NCBI RefSeq assembly: GCF_009914755.1
Contig: NC_060930.1
Direction: 5' to 3' (one strand)
Source of the DNA: the human T2T-CHM13v2.0 reference genome, Homo sapiens
Length of the DNA: 64,000 nucleotides
The translations under genes and the position numbers were made by a program. Positions 14,111 through 29,550 of this stretch are shown one piece after another; the first letter of the stretch is position 1; the number at the start of each line of letters is the position of its first letter. Under the pieces are notes generated by a model. That model ran no database searches. It was not told where the DNA came from and saw only the letters and a program-made list of their open reading frames with translations.

Positions 14111-14843
14111 TCTCTGTGTGTTTTTAATGACCCAGTTTGTTTTATTTTTTTCCAAATGAAAGGCAATTTTATATCTGATTTCATGGTCATTCTGGAAAGA
14201 TTAAGTACAGAAGTTTCCGTATATTGAAAATACACAGGTTTGTGGGCTCAATTAAATGCTGGCTAATATCCAAGGGAGGAATAATTGTCTGAATCATAAA
14301 ATGTTTCTGTTTACACTTTGATTCCTGAATGTAACAAGAAAGTATTGGGATGTGAGAGAATTTTTATTTTTACTTCAGTGATTTGTACAAATTTGAATTT
14401 TGAAAATCTTTATTTAAAAAAAAAGCCAGTTAAAATGTCACAAATATGAAAAAAATTAAAAAGTTCAGTAAACAAAGAACACAGAATCCAGGGTAAACCA
14501 CTAAATCCCCCAGGCTCAGTTTTCACATCTGTAACTTACTACAAAATTCTCGGTGTTGAGGAACATGATTTTACTAATCCTGGGAAATGAAGACAGAGTG
14601 AATGGTAGAAGGAAGCCAGTATACAGGACACTGGATCACTCTGTCATCCTCACTAGAACACAGCAGGGTGATTATGTTTTGAAACATAAAAGGACATTGA
14701 AAAGGTACTGACAGATTTACTTTCATAACCACACCTGGATATAACTACTCTCTTCTTGAAAACTCACAATTTTCATTGCTATAATGGAAATGAAGAAATT
14801 AAACAAGGAATATTTCAGTGAAACAGTTCACTACCATGTATAA

Positions 14844-14871
<28 letters not shown>
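14844..14871. repeat. (AC)14 microsatellite
   Basis: Perfect dinucleotide run. Confidence 0.97.
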
Positions 14872-14874
<3 letters not shown>

Positions 14875-14993
14875 ATATAACTGAAAATAAAACTTCATGA
14901 GGCTATACTTAGCCTCGGTGCAAGTGATATATTTTGATACTATCTATTTTCTTCTATTCTAATTTGCTTTTCATTAAAAATATTGTTCACAGC

Positions 14994-15187
14994 CAGTGGT
15001 ATGCTGGAACCACCCATGATTATTTTCAAGAGAAGTTTTTTAACATTTCAGGACATTACATTTATAGGTTAAAATCACTCATAAGGAAAGATTTTTTAAA
15101 TGTATATACCATGGAAATCATCAAACTCTACAAATTAGGACTGTTCTTTTTAGAGCCCAGTGTTGAGCTTAAACCAACACATCACTG
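14994..15187. mobile_element. hAT MITE (MER63-like)
   Basis: Terminal inverted repeats cagtggtatgctgg / ccaacacatcactg; near-identical 8-bp TSD ttcacagc (14986-14993) and gtcacagc (15188-15195). Confidence 0.7.
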
Positions 15188-16107
15188 GTCACAGCCCATC
15201 AGTTATTAATGAGTCTCAACCTAAAGTTAATAATTTTCTTCTTTATTTCTTCCTCTCATTCCTCTGTTATTAAAAAATACATGTATAAATATCAAGCAAA
15301 AAGGAATGATGGATTGAAAACAAAACTTTAGTAGATATTCCACATTTATTAAAACACCAGAACACCAAATAGCAATACAAAATGTGGATGAGCCTACGGA
15401 GGAAAGGAAGACACTGGACAGAGTTCTACTGTATGTAACATGGGAACTAACCAGCTGCTGTGATTAGGATGGCTCCTGAATGAAAACCTGCCTGGAGTCT
15501 GTCGCCCCAGTTACTCAGTTTGCCATTTCTTCTTTTAGTTAAGAAACGTTTGTTCTCACAACAGCAGAATCTAGTAAAGGCTTAACTCTCAGCTAACACA
15601 TAACTGACTCCTGGAAGAATATGAGTTTTTGAAATTGTTATTTCCATATTTACTTACCTATCATTTTTAGTTGCTGATGCTTCAAAGTACATCTGGTAAG
15701 ATACTGAGGAACAAAAATGAAATGGGAATATCACACAAAGTGTCTGTGGTGGGGAGGGAGACAAGCAGTTCCCAAGCTCAGCCTATGTTTTGACCCCTTT
15801 TGAACAGTATAAAAGCTTTTGTGTGTCCTCTTTGTTCCATCTCTGGCTTTCCCCCATGTTCTCTTTACTTTTCTAATTTTCTTTCTTTTCTCTCTACCAG
15901 GAAGTAGTGGGTGTGTAAAGAATTCTGAAAACTATTGGAGGGATTCTTGGCTCAAAGAGAAGCTTCCTTTTTTTATTCTCGTCTTAGAAACCAACAGCTT
16001 TCTATGGTAGCTAAAATAATACACACATGCACAAAAACACACATCTTAAACAACTTCATTCTTCTAAATTCTAGTTTTTTGCTTCAATTTATTCATGCAG
16101 AAAAAGC

Positions 16108-17103
16108 CTACTCACTTTCTTTTTGCATACACAAAATAGTATTATGGAAACATGAGCTGAAAATTTTACCTAGCAAAATGTACTTCAGTGCTCTGCGAAA
16201 CCAGGGATAGAAGAAACCATATATTAACGGATTACATGTGGAGTTAAAATAGCCAAACCATGTCAAGGCATCAAACAAAACTACAGGAGTAGAGAAGTTC
16301 AAAAAGGGATCCAATAAAATTGTGAAGAAACAAGGAAACCAACATAATAAGAAAACTCCTATCACTATTCCTAAAGTTTTGGCAGCTTTTTTGTCTTTCT
16401 TCACTTGATTATTTTGATTTTCTCGCAAGTTATTGATGGCATGAGCATGTTTTCTGGATACTGCAAAAATTTTGCCATAAATCCCCACCATCATAGACCC
16501 AGGAGTGAAGAAACCTGCCATAAACAAGGTGGTCCCCCATAGCTTGTTGAACATCACTGGGCAGGAACTGGAACAAGCAACCAAGATGTCATAGCCCTCT
16601 ATTCCATCTGCATAGGCCTCTGAGAAGACCACCCCGAAGGCAAATGCTCCAGGGACCGACTAACATAGAAGTAGCAATCTTTTAATGACTGGAATAGTTA
16701 TTTTGGTGGAATAAAGTAATGGGTAACATATAGCATAAAATCTATCAATGGCCACTGAGCAAAGATGAAAAATGGATGTTATGCTAAGCATCAGGTCAAA
16801 ACTATAATAAATCTTGCAAAATGTAAGCCCAAAATACCAGCAGTTCTCCACCGATCTGATCATACTATATGGCATGATGGTGAATCCCAGGAGGAAATCA
16901 GTGATGGCCATGGAGAGGATGAGGAAGTTGGTTGGTGTGTGAAGCTGCTTGAAGTAGGAAATGGAAATTATCATGGCAAGATTGCCAAATATTGTGATGA
17001 ATATGGATCCTGCCATAAATGAATACATAGCCACTCGGACACCCAGAGATCTTTCATTTTCTGGGCAAGATCTATTTCCATATTCAGAGCAATTGAATTT
17101 TTC
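16108..17103 (-). CDS. TAAR2: TAAR2 coding exon 2, carrying a premature TAG at 16660-16662 (p.Trp168*)
   Basis: ORFs 16660-17109 and 16108-16632 are in the same frame and separated only by one TAG at the TM4 W4.50 position (LLLLC*SVPG); motifs GN, DRF, CWFP, NPLIY. Acceptor ttttttgaag|GAA at 17104/17103, branch-like CTGAC at 17133-17137. Confidence 0.96.
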
Positions 17104-17234
17104 CTTCAAAAAACAAGAACAGATAGAATTTTGTCAGAATATAAATATTCTATGTTTTATATATGCTTTCATAGAAAAACTCAAGAAAGGCAGAGAAGAA
17201 TCAAGGAAGATAATTTATGCTGTAATATTACTCA

Positions 17235-17641
<407 letters not shown>

Positions 17642-19479
17642 CTACCAACATTTAGGAAGCTCTTACTTTATGCCAGGCTTTGAAATTTAAAAGAAGAAAA
17701 AACAAATTATTGAGCTGTATCTTACGTGTGTAGGAAGAATAGATATCTATTAGACAATACATGTACTTCTTCCTCCAAGGAGTCAGAAATATATAATCAG
17801 ATTTGATTTGATTGTGATCTATTACCTGTGGGATCAGGAGGTTATTATTTGAAAACAATTTCATTCTTGTGTTCTATTATTTTCACTGTGCTGTGTTTTG
17901 TTTTATTCATACGAATGTTGTTTTAAGGGGGAAGAATCATCTAATGACCTCTAATTATCTGGTAGAGTCAATCTATAAGGCAAATCATGAATTCTTAACA
18001 AGCATGGCATCAGCCAAAGCAGCTAAGTCAGAGGTGGGCACAGACCAAAGCTGGACCACCCTCAGTTACTTGTGAAGAGCAAGTGTAACTCAGAGCCCTA
18101 TGCAATGACAGTTTGACAAGTTGCCATGCGTAGGCCACACACAAGGCTATGAGCAGAGGGCTAGAGAACTTTTAGAAAGCAAGCCATCTCTACTACAAGA
18201 AAATTAAGCCCATGCCCTCCTTGTGTTGGGCCAGAATGCTCATTTTACATATTAAAATCTGCATGTTATTCTTTCCATATATATTTGAAATGTAACACGT
18301 TCATGAGTTAGAATGATTTTCTTTTTAAAAAGTACATTAGGTAAAAAAGAGCTGCCTATATGCAAAGCATAACTCTTAATATTGAAGAAATGCCTTTGGC
18401 CTTCAGTGACCTCACACATATCAGACCTTACCAGTTACCAAGAGATAAACAAATAAATTACCAGCCTCTGTGATATAAGAGTGTATCACAAAGAGAGTAA
18501 GACATTTTTCTTGAATGTCCACAATATGAAAGATACAAGGAAAGGAAGAAGAAAGCATGAAGGTCAACCCTGCAGCAGAGATTCTACAATGCAGCTGAAG
18601 AGACAAAGCACATCAACACTTAAAACCTACATGATTCTGCACCTCAGATGAAAGCAACAGCGGCGATCACCTGACCAAAAAGAGATCCAGGCAAAATGTA
18701 CAATCCAAGATCAAAAATGGACAAGATCTTTTCAGGCTGGACTGCACAGGAATGTTCCAGCAAGGATATGACTTTTGATCTGGGTCTCAATGGGTGAGTA
18801 GGATTTGAACAGAAGAGAAAAAGCCTGTTCTACACAGAAGGTATGATGAAGAAAAGACACAAGGCTGTATGTGTTCCGAGACCTTCTAAAAGGAATTCTC
18901 AGGGACCCCTAAAACACCGCAGAGAGAATACAAGGTGGAGGGGAGTATAGAGGGAGAGAAGAAAGTGCTTCTAGTTTCATTGTTGTTCCTCAAGCCAGTG
19001 TTCTTAGCCAGCATTAGTCAAAAGAGATTTCCCATTTTGTTCTTAAATTTGGGTAATGATTTTTTTAAATTAAAGTAATTAAGTTAGTTACAAGAGAGTG
19101 AGTACAGATTTGAAATTAAAAGCTTCCTCCAACTGATGCCAAGTGGCGACTCCAAGGCAGTTTTCTCCTCGTTATTCTTCCTCCTCAGGGGCCTCGTCCC
19201 CACTTGCAGAGAACTAATGGCCTGGTGTATGATGGGACGTATTTGAGCAATAGAACTAAACATCTTTATATCTGCCACCTGGGTGATTGCATACCACAAA
19301 ATAGAAACACTACCAAACTGCATTTGAGGTCTCTGCCGACGCCCTAAATGCTGTTTACAGAAACAGCTGACTTATTCATGAAAGAGTTTCATCAGAACAG
19401 TTTTATCCAGATCTGTCTAAAATGTGTACAACCAATTCTTAAACTATATTCATTTTTAACAGCTGAAATGGGGGTTTCT

Positions 19480-19775
19480 AACCAAATACTGCATGCTCTC
19501 ACTTATAAGTGGAAGCTAAACGATGAGAACTTATGAACACAAAGAAGGAAACGACAGACACTGGGGTCTACTTGGGGCCAGAGCGGGGAGGAGGATGAGA
19601 GGAGGGAGAAGAGCAGAAAAGATAACTATTGGGTACTGGGCTCAATACAGGGGTGATGAAATAATCTGTACAACAAACCCCATGACACGAGTTTGTGTAT
19701 GTAACAAACCTTCACATGTACCCCCTGAACCTAAAATAAAAGTTAAAAAAACATAAAAATAAAAGTTAAAAAACA
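19480..19775 (+). mobile_element. L1 (old L1PA/L1PB) 3' end
   Basis: accaaatactgcatgctctcacttataagtgg...gaacctaaaataaaagttaaaa. Confidence 0.88.
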
Positions 19776-20206
19776 GACACATTAAAAAGTAGGGGTTTCT
19801 AATATGTGCATATAGCATTTTGCTATTCCTAACATTGTCACACACAAAAAAAAAGACAGAAAGAAAAAAAAAAAGAAAAGCGAGAGATTTTCCTCCCTCT
19901 TGGTACTAAGGTTTTTAGCTACTTGTCATTTCTTGTTAGCCACCTACTGACCAGTTAGGCATCACCAGAGAAGAAAATACTGAGAGAAAATGCAGTATTA
20001 TCAAAAAGAAAAAAGGATTTCTGACCATCTTCAGTATGCTCATTAAAAAGCGTAGGAAATCCAAAGCAAATTTTGTTGGTTTATTTTTAAATCACTTTAC
20101 TTCTTAGAAAGTAAAGCTAAAAAAAAAAAAACAACAACAAATAACGAACATCCTTTTAAAACACATACAACATTCTTGTGCTTAAGGCAATTTAACAACA
20201 ACAGTA

Positions 20207-20492
20207 CTTTTTTTTCTTTTTCTTTTACTTTAAGTTCTGGGATACATGTACAGAACGTGCAGGTTTATTACATAGGTATACATGTGCCATGGTGGTTTGC
20301 TGCAGCTGTCAACCCACCTTCTAGGTTTTAAGACCCGCATGCGTTAGGTATTTCTTCCTAATGCTCTCCCTCTCCTTGCCCCCCACCCCCTGACAAGCCC
20401 TGGTGTGTGATGTTCCCCTCCCTGTGTCCACGTGTACTCTTGTTAAGCTCCCACTTATGAGTGAGAACATGTGGTGTTTGGTTTTCTGTTCC
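20207..20492 (-). mobile_element. L1PA 3' end, heavily 5'-truncated
   Basis: ttttactttaagttctgggatacatg...tttggttttctgttcc; caacaacagta flanks both sides. Confidence 0.9.
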
Positions 20493-21439
20493 AACAACAG
20501 TATATTTTAAGATTTAATTGCCTGCAAACTTCTTTGTGTTCCTGGCTTAATCACTTTGATATTATTAATCATCTTGCACCCCACTCTTGTTAAAATCATG
20601 CAGAATCTTTCTAATTCTAAAATCATAGGCTACAGGGCTTGACTAATTTTCCCTTTAACTGTCAGAAACTTTAATTAGATAATTAGTTCTAAGTACTAAC
20701 GTTCTTGAAACACATAATATGATGTCTACATTCACACTTGAATTCCTCATACACATGCCACAAAGTATGGAGGGGTATATCAGATGATTATTTGATGAAT
20801 TCATCAAATAATAATTTTAATCCCATTTAAATATCACATCCCCCATAATTTATTTGACATAGTTCTTTCATGTGACATCTATCATCAGTTTGAACCTTTC
20901 AAAAACCGTATCTTTCATATCTTTCATATTTGTTGTCTAAGGAAAGCTAAATGTAAAAGCAGTATTTTAAAGGCTATAGCTTTCAAGGGTCATTTTTTCT
21001 ATTTTTAAACTTGTTAACATAAGCATCTATAGATACATGGATTGCCATAGAGTTAAGTGGAATGTCAGATCTTTTCGCCATTACTGTTACGTTTCTAAAA
21101 GAAGCTCAGACACAAAAAAATAAAGATTTGTAACATAATGAATTGTTTGCCCATTCTGCTTGTGAATAAATAAATTTTATTCTACTAAATTGTTAAAATA
21201 AAAGTGTTTTCTATATTCCCTGAGAAAGTGATCAAACTACAGAACCATGACCACAATGACAAAGAATTTTCTATTTTTTCTAATTATTTTTTATTATTAT
21301 TTTTTCTTTTTTTAAGGGGTAGGGAGGAGGAAGCAGAATGTTCTGATTTTTCTTTGTGATGTCTTTTCTTTTTGCCTAGTCTTTATATTTGATGATTAAT
21401 GCTTCATTGGTAAATAAATATTCCTCTGCTTTAGTAACC

Positions 21440-21441
<2 letters not shown>

Positions 21442-21470
<29 letters not shown>

Positions 21471-21750
21471 GAGGCGGAGTCTCCCTCTGTAGCCTAGGCT
21501 AGAGTGCAATGGTGCAATCTCGGCTCACTGCAACCTCCATTTCCCAGGTTCAAGTGATTCTCCTGCCTCAGCTTCCTGAGTAGCTGGGACTACAGGCACG
21601 TGCCACCACACCTGGCTAATTTTTGTATTTTTAGTAGAGACACGGTTTCACTGTGTTAGCCAGGATGGTCTCCATTTCCTGACCTCATCATTCGCCCACC
21701 TTGGCCTCCCAAAGTTCTGGAATTACAGGCGTGAGCCACCACGCCCTGCC
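21442..21750 (-). mobile_element. Alu (AluS/Y-like)
   Basis: Long poly(T); TSD tagtaaccac at 21432-21441 and 21751-21760. Confidence 0.96.
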
Positions 21751-23183
21751 TAGTAACCACTTTTAAGACTTAATGGATTTCACTATGTCTTTCTGCCAGC
21801 TAATCATTGTTTCTCATTTCCTTGAATTATTTTGCCCTTACCCAAGCTGTTGATTTCTTTTGATTGTTCAATTTCTATCAAATATTTAAAGTTAATGAAT
21901 CTTAACATATTAAATGGATGGTATAATATATAATATGAATAGGCTTAGCATAATGCCTGATATATAGCACACTATCAAAAGAAAGCTACTTTCTTTCCCT
22001 CCCTCCTTCCTTCCTTTTTTCCTTCCTTCGTTGTTGTAAATAATTAGCAGGTTCAAGTACACATTTGACCAGAAAAGATTTCTCCTAAGAAAAAGAGGAA
22101 ATGGGATTGTAAGGAAAAAGGCCAGGTAACTGTCAATACTTAAGACAGTTATAAATACTTAATAGTTAAGACAGTGATAGATCATTTGCTCAGCCACTTA
22201 TAAGGAGGTAAGCTTTTCCAGGATTCTAAATATTCTTCCCAGGAAACTTGTTACACTGCCAGAAGGCAGCATGTTATTTCGTTCACATGTTAAAATGACT
22301 GCCTTTTATTACAAATTCATATTAAGTCCTGCACCTTCCACAATCTTCCATATGCCTACACATTCTCTCTGCACAGGACCAAAATTCAAAAAGGAAGACC
22401 TAATGCAACAGCAATCGACAGCATTATCAGGATGGCAATTTACTTCTTAAGAAAACCTCAAGGAAGAGAAAACACAGATCTTTGTTTCATAATCCCTCAT
22501 CTTCCACATACCGGCAGAAGATTCCATTGTTAACTCCTTACCGAAGGAACTTTTTTCTTTGTTTCTTCTCTAACTACTGTTAATGTGTATATGGAACCAG
22601 AAGACCTAAACTATGTGAGTTGTGCTGATTTATAACTTAACAATTCGTCTTAAGGGGATTAAATCTGAAAGTGAAAAAAAAAAAAAAAGAAAGCAAAATC
22701 CTTGTCATTCAAAAGTTTAACAGCTCAATGAGCTTAAACCACTCCTCCATCCTCCCAGGAGTCTCTGCTTACCTAAGATTTTATCACCTACAGCATTTAA
22801 GGCTCTAAGTCTGCTATTACATAAAAGCTGTGAAAACAAATCTGAGCCCTTGAGTTATGGGGGGACCTAAGGAGCCTGATCTCAACCACACATGGATGGG
22901 ACCTCTGGTTCAAGCAGAAGAATGCGCATGTGTCCTCCATCATTTCAGAAAGATCTGACAGTCACAGTCCATATTTTGTCTCACATGCTAGTCACTGAGG
23001 CTTTACCCATTGTCTTCCTCATTTTTTCTTTGATAAATGTGATTAAAAGAACACATTTCATCAACCCTTTTAGATCTGGAGGAATTGAGCATAATTATTA
23101 TCTTTGTAAATAATTCACATGTTTATGCCAAAATCTTCTCAGATGCTACTGGTTTAAACTTAGTCATATGTTTAAGGGCCTAC

Positions 23184-23243
23184 CTTTTTTGTCTGTGTTC
23201 TTTTGAAATGTGAAAGTTCATGTTGCTCTGATGAGACAGCCAT
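23184..23243 (-). CDS. TAAR2: TAAR2 coding exon 1 (MAVSSEQHELSHFKRTQTKK)
   Basis: ATG at 23243 (cccATGg), 20 codons, donor AAG|gtaggc, phase 0. Joining to exon 2 gives 351 codons, matching the recognised TAAR2 long isoform. Confidence 0.92.
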
Positions 23244-23355
23244 GGGAGGCAAGATACCCCAGATGTAGATGAAATATAACCCTGGTCATTAGAAGAAACT
23301 GGGGTCCTGCATGAATAAAAATTACAGTGCTCTGTGTGATCTCCGTTGGCTCTGC

Positions 23356-23527
23356 CTACGGCCACTGCTTGGGCGTGCAGATTGTGCCGTCATAATGGAA
23401 GCTGAGCTTTGAAGAAGTCACGCTTAATGCTTTGATGCGATCTCTTGAAATTCTTAATAACTTTCTAACAAGGGGCTCTACATTTTCATTTTGTACTGGA
23501 CCTTGTGAAAATACATAGCTAGTCCTG
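23356..23527 (+). mobile_element. MER45A-like hAT-Tip100 MITE just upstream of TAAR2 exon 1
   Basis: tcttgaaattcttaataactttctaacaaggggc...cattttcattttgtactgg...gtcctg resembles MER45. Confidence 0.7.
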
Positions 23528-23551
23528 GCTGAACCTCCCTTAGTAGTTCTT

Positions 23552-23713
23552 TCTTTTCTTTTTTAGAGACGAAGTCTTGTTCTTAAACCCAAGCTGCAAT
23601 GCACAGGCATGATCACAGCTCACTACAGCCTTGAACTTCTGAGCTCAAGCGATCCTCCAGCCTCAGCCTCCCAAGTAGCTGGGACTATAGGTGCATGCCC
23701 CACCACGCCTGGC
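23552..23713 (-). mobile_element. Monomeric Alu (FRAM/right-arm-like)
   Basis: Single arm flanked by TSD tagtagttctt. Confidence 0.85.
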
Positions 23714-24119
23714 TAGTAGTTCTTGAAGAAGTGAAACAGGAGCAGCAACAAAAAAATCTCTTTTCATCTCAAAGCATATTCATAGTTATACTATGAATGA
23801 GATGAGATAAAATAATGATTTATATTATGAATGAGATAAGATAAGATCATGTATATGAAAGTATTTTAAAAGAAATCTTTATACCTATTAGCCAAAAGGG
23901 TAGAAATAGCAAAACACATTGCTACTCAAAAATTGCCAGCAACTTCTATTTCTTCTGGGAGAGACCAAAAATCATTTTGGACAAACTTTCTGGTTTCTGT
24001 AAAGAATTACTTAAGTGTTCTCTTTTAATTATGTAGGTGGGAGACGAGTAGCAGGGGAAGGTTAGAACTTAATGTGTATTTTTAACACGCAAAGGAACTT
24101 ATGTGGAGCAAAGGGAATG

Positions 24120-24202
24120 AGACTTGTCAAACCCAGGAGTTCAAAACCAGCCTGGGCAACATAGTGAGACCTCATCTCTACAAAAAATTTTAAAAAATTA
24201 GC
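24120..24202 (+). mobile_element. Alu left-arm fragment
   Basis: cccaggagttcaaaaccagcctgggcaacatagtgagacctcatctctac. Confidence 0.8.
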
Positions 24203-24779
24203 TCAGGACAGACCATGACAGATGGCAGGAGGAGAACCAGGGGTGAAAAGTTAAAATCAAAGCCTGGAGACAAACAATATACAGCTGAGCCTAAGAAAAG
24301 TCTTCAGAACCAGTGTCTCCAATCCTGAACACAAGATTTAAGAATAACAGCTCTGCAGTGATGCAAATGTAATGAGTACCAGCTCATTCCTCTTGGTTTT
24401 TTCTAAGCCCTTAGAAACCACAGCTTCCCCCCCATAACCTGGTGTCCCCATGTCATGGCAGTCGGAATGGCATCAACAGAAAGGGGGACCACCTATTTTC
24501 AACAGTGACACCTGCTAGCAGCCTGGGAAAACAGTCTTTGGATTCAGTCCCCAGAGAATATAACCAAAAGACAAGACCCTAAGGGAAATGGGAAAAATGC
24601 AGATTAATTTGAATATTACAAAGAGATATGATCTTATTTTGTACCTTAAGCTGAAGAAAAGGGGTATGTCACGAACATAAGTTCACATTTTTTAATGAAA
24701 CTCAGGTACAAAGAATTTGAATTAATTACAATAATTATGCCAAGTATGTCTTGCTTGCCTTATTTGTTTGTTTCTAACA

Positions 24780-25420
24780 AAATGAACATACATGACTGAG
24801 AACTAGATTAACAATAGCTTACATACATCTCTATGGTATTTTCTGCCTATCACCTCAGGTAGCTACTTTCTTAAATTTTGTGCTTATCGTTTTTGCTATT
24901 TATTTAATAGTTGTGCCATGTGTATTTATATAAGTAAATCAAAACATTGTTTGGCTTGTTTTTAGAACTCTTTATAAAATGGATAGCATGTTGTCTTTTG
25001 GAAAATGTTTTACTGTCTTTTGGAATTTGTTTTGCTCTTATTTTTTCATTTAACTGTATATGCATAGATCTAAAACTTTAAGCATAGATCTAAAACATAA
25101 GAATAAAGAAAATTTGGAAGTAAAAAGATTAAAAAAGCATATATCAGAAAAAGCATAAACCAAAGAAAGCATCCATACTCATACTAATATCAGAAAAGAA
25201 ATATGTTAAGGCCAAAAACATCGCAAGTTAAAAGGATACATAGTAAAAAAGAGTTTCATTTACCAAGAAGATATATTTCTAGATTTAATAATAAAGTTTC
25301 CAAGTATTAGGGAAAAGTGACATCTACAAGAGAAAACAGACAAAACCTACAATCCTTGTGGGAGATGTTTTAATATACATCTAGCAAAATTAATAGAATA
25401 AATAGATTAGATATTAGTAA
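24780..25420. mobile_element. Ancient L1M fragments (T-rich then A-rich, probably opposite orientations)
   Basis: Strand skew switches near 25080; the A-rich part resembles L1 ORF2 endonuclease-region sequence. Confidence 0.45.
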
Positions 25421-28511
<3,091 letters not shown>

Positions 28512-28519
28512 TAGAATGA

Positions 28520-29550
28520 ACTAGAGGGGTGAAGACTTGAGGAATAAAAACCACTTTGGGAATTAATCCAGAGTCCCTAGAAGGGAAAGTTAAGACTTGC
28601 ATGAAGATGCCTTGCCCATCCTTGACTGGTGGATGAGGAGTAAGGAGAAGGAGGAGTCAAGGATTACCCCCAGGTTTTCAGCTTGAGCAATTGCAAGGAG
28701 AGCGATTCAATAGAGAATGTGGGAAGAGAAGGGTGAGTAGTGAGATGATTTGGTTTAGTTCAGCACATGTAGAACGTTGGGCACGTACTGCAAAGGAGAA
28801 GACCAATTGATGGGAAATCACCAGTATATTTTATATGAGTTGGACAGACAAAGAAGGAAACTAGATGTCAATCAGAATATGATCACAACAGTAAGCTTCT
28901 GAGTTTCCTACAATATATCATATAATGATATAGGATGATGTATCCTGTGATCTGGGCTCAGAATTGGCAGTTAGGGATATAGGTTTTAATTCTATTTCTG
29001 TGCCTATGAACCAGGTACAATGGCGAAGTGAATTGTAAATAATAATTATAAATCAAATTTATTAATCATGTGCTATGAACTATATGCTGTACATTATTCA
29101 AATACATGACAAGTATCTCATTTCATTTAGCAAAGGTTATCATATGTGACTGAAAAAATAAGTGATAAAAATAATTTCCGTTTTTGGGAAAGAAAACTTC
29201 ATTTAATTCCCATGGAAATTCCAGAGGGTTGGAGAACATAGTGGTCTTGTTCACATCTGAATCCTTAGCATCTAGCTAACACACCTATAGGCATATAATA
29301 CATGCACAATAAATACTTGTTATAGGAATAAGTAAATAATTTAATTAATGAATACCTCTTCACAAGAACCCTGAAAGTTATGTATTATTTGAACCTTGAA
29401 AGTTATGTATTAAATATGAATGTAAATATTATTCATATTTCTATAGAAGTGAGAAAACTGATATTTAAAGAGGTTTAGTAAAATACTTTCTGTTGTGAAA
29501 CATTGCTAGGCAGCCGGTCATCACAAGTGTTTGAAAACAAACTCAGGCCA
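28520..29550. mobile_element. L2 and MIR fragments
   Basis: gaggagtcaaggattacccccaggttttcagcttgagcaa (reverse L2); L2 3' end near 29230-29350; gagaaaactga...agaggtttagta (MIR). Confidence 0.55.

Noticed and set aside
16108-17109. Two separate genes from the two TAAR2 ORFs, or a TTG start at 17109
   Set aside because: Same frame split by one TAG; the TTG lies in the intron's acceptor tract
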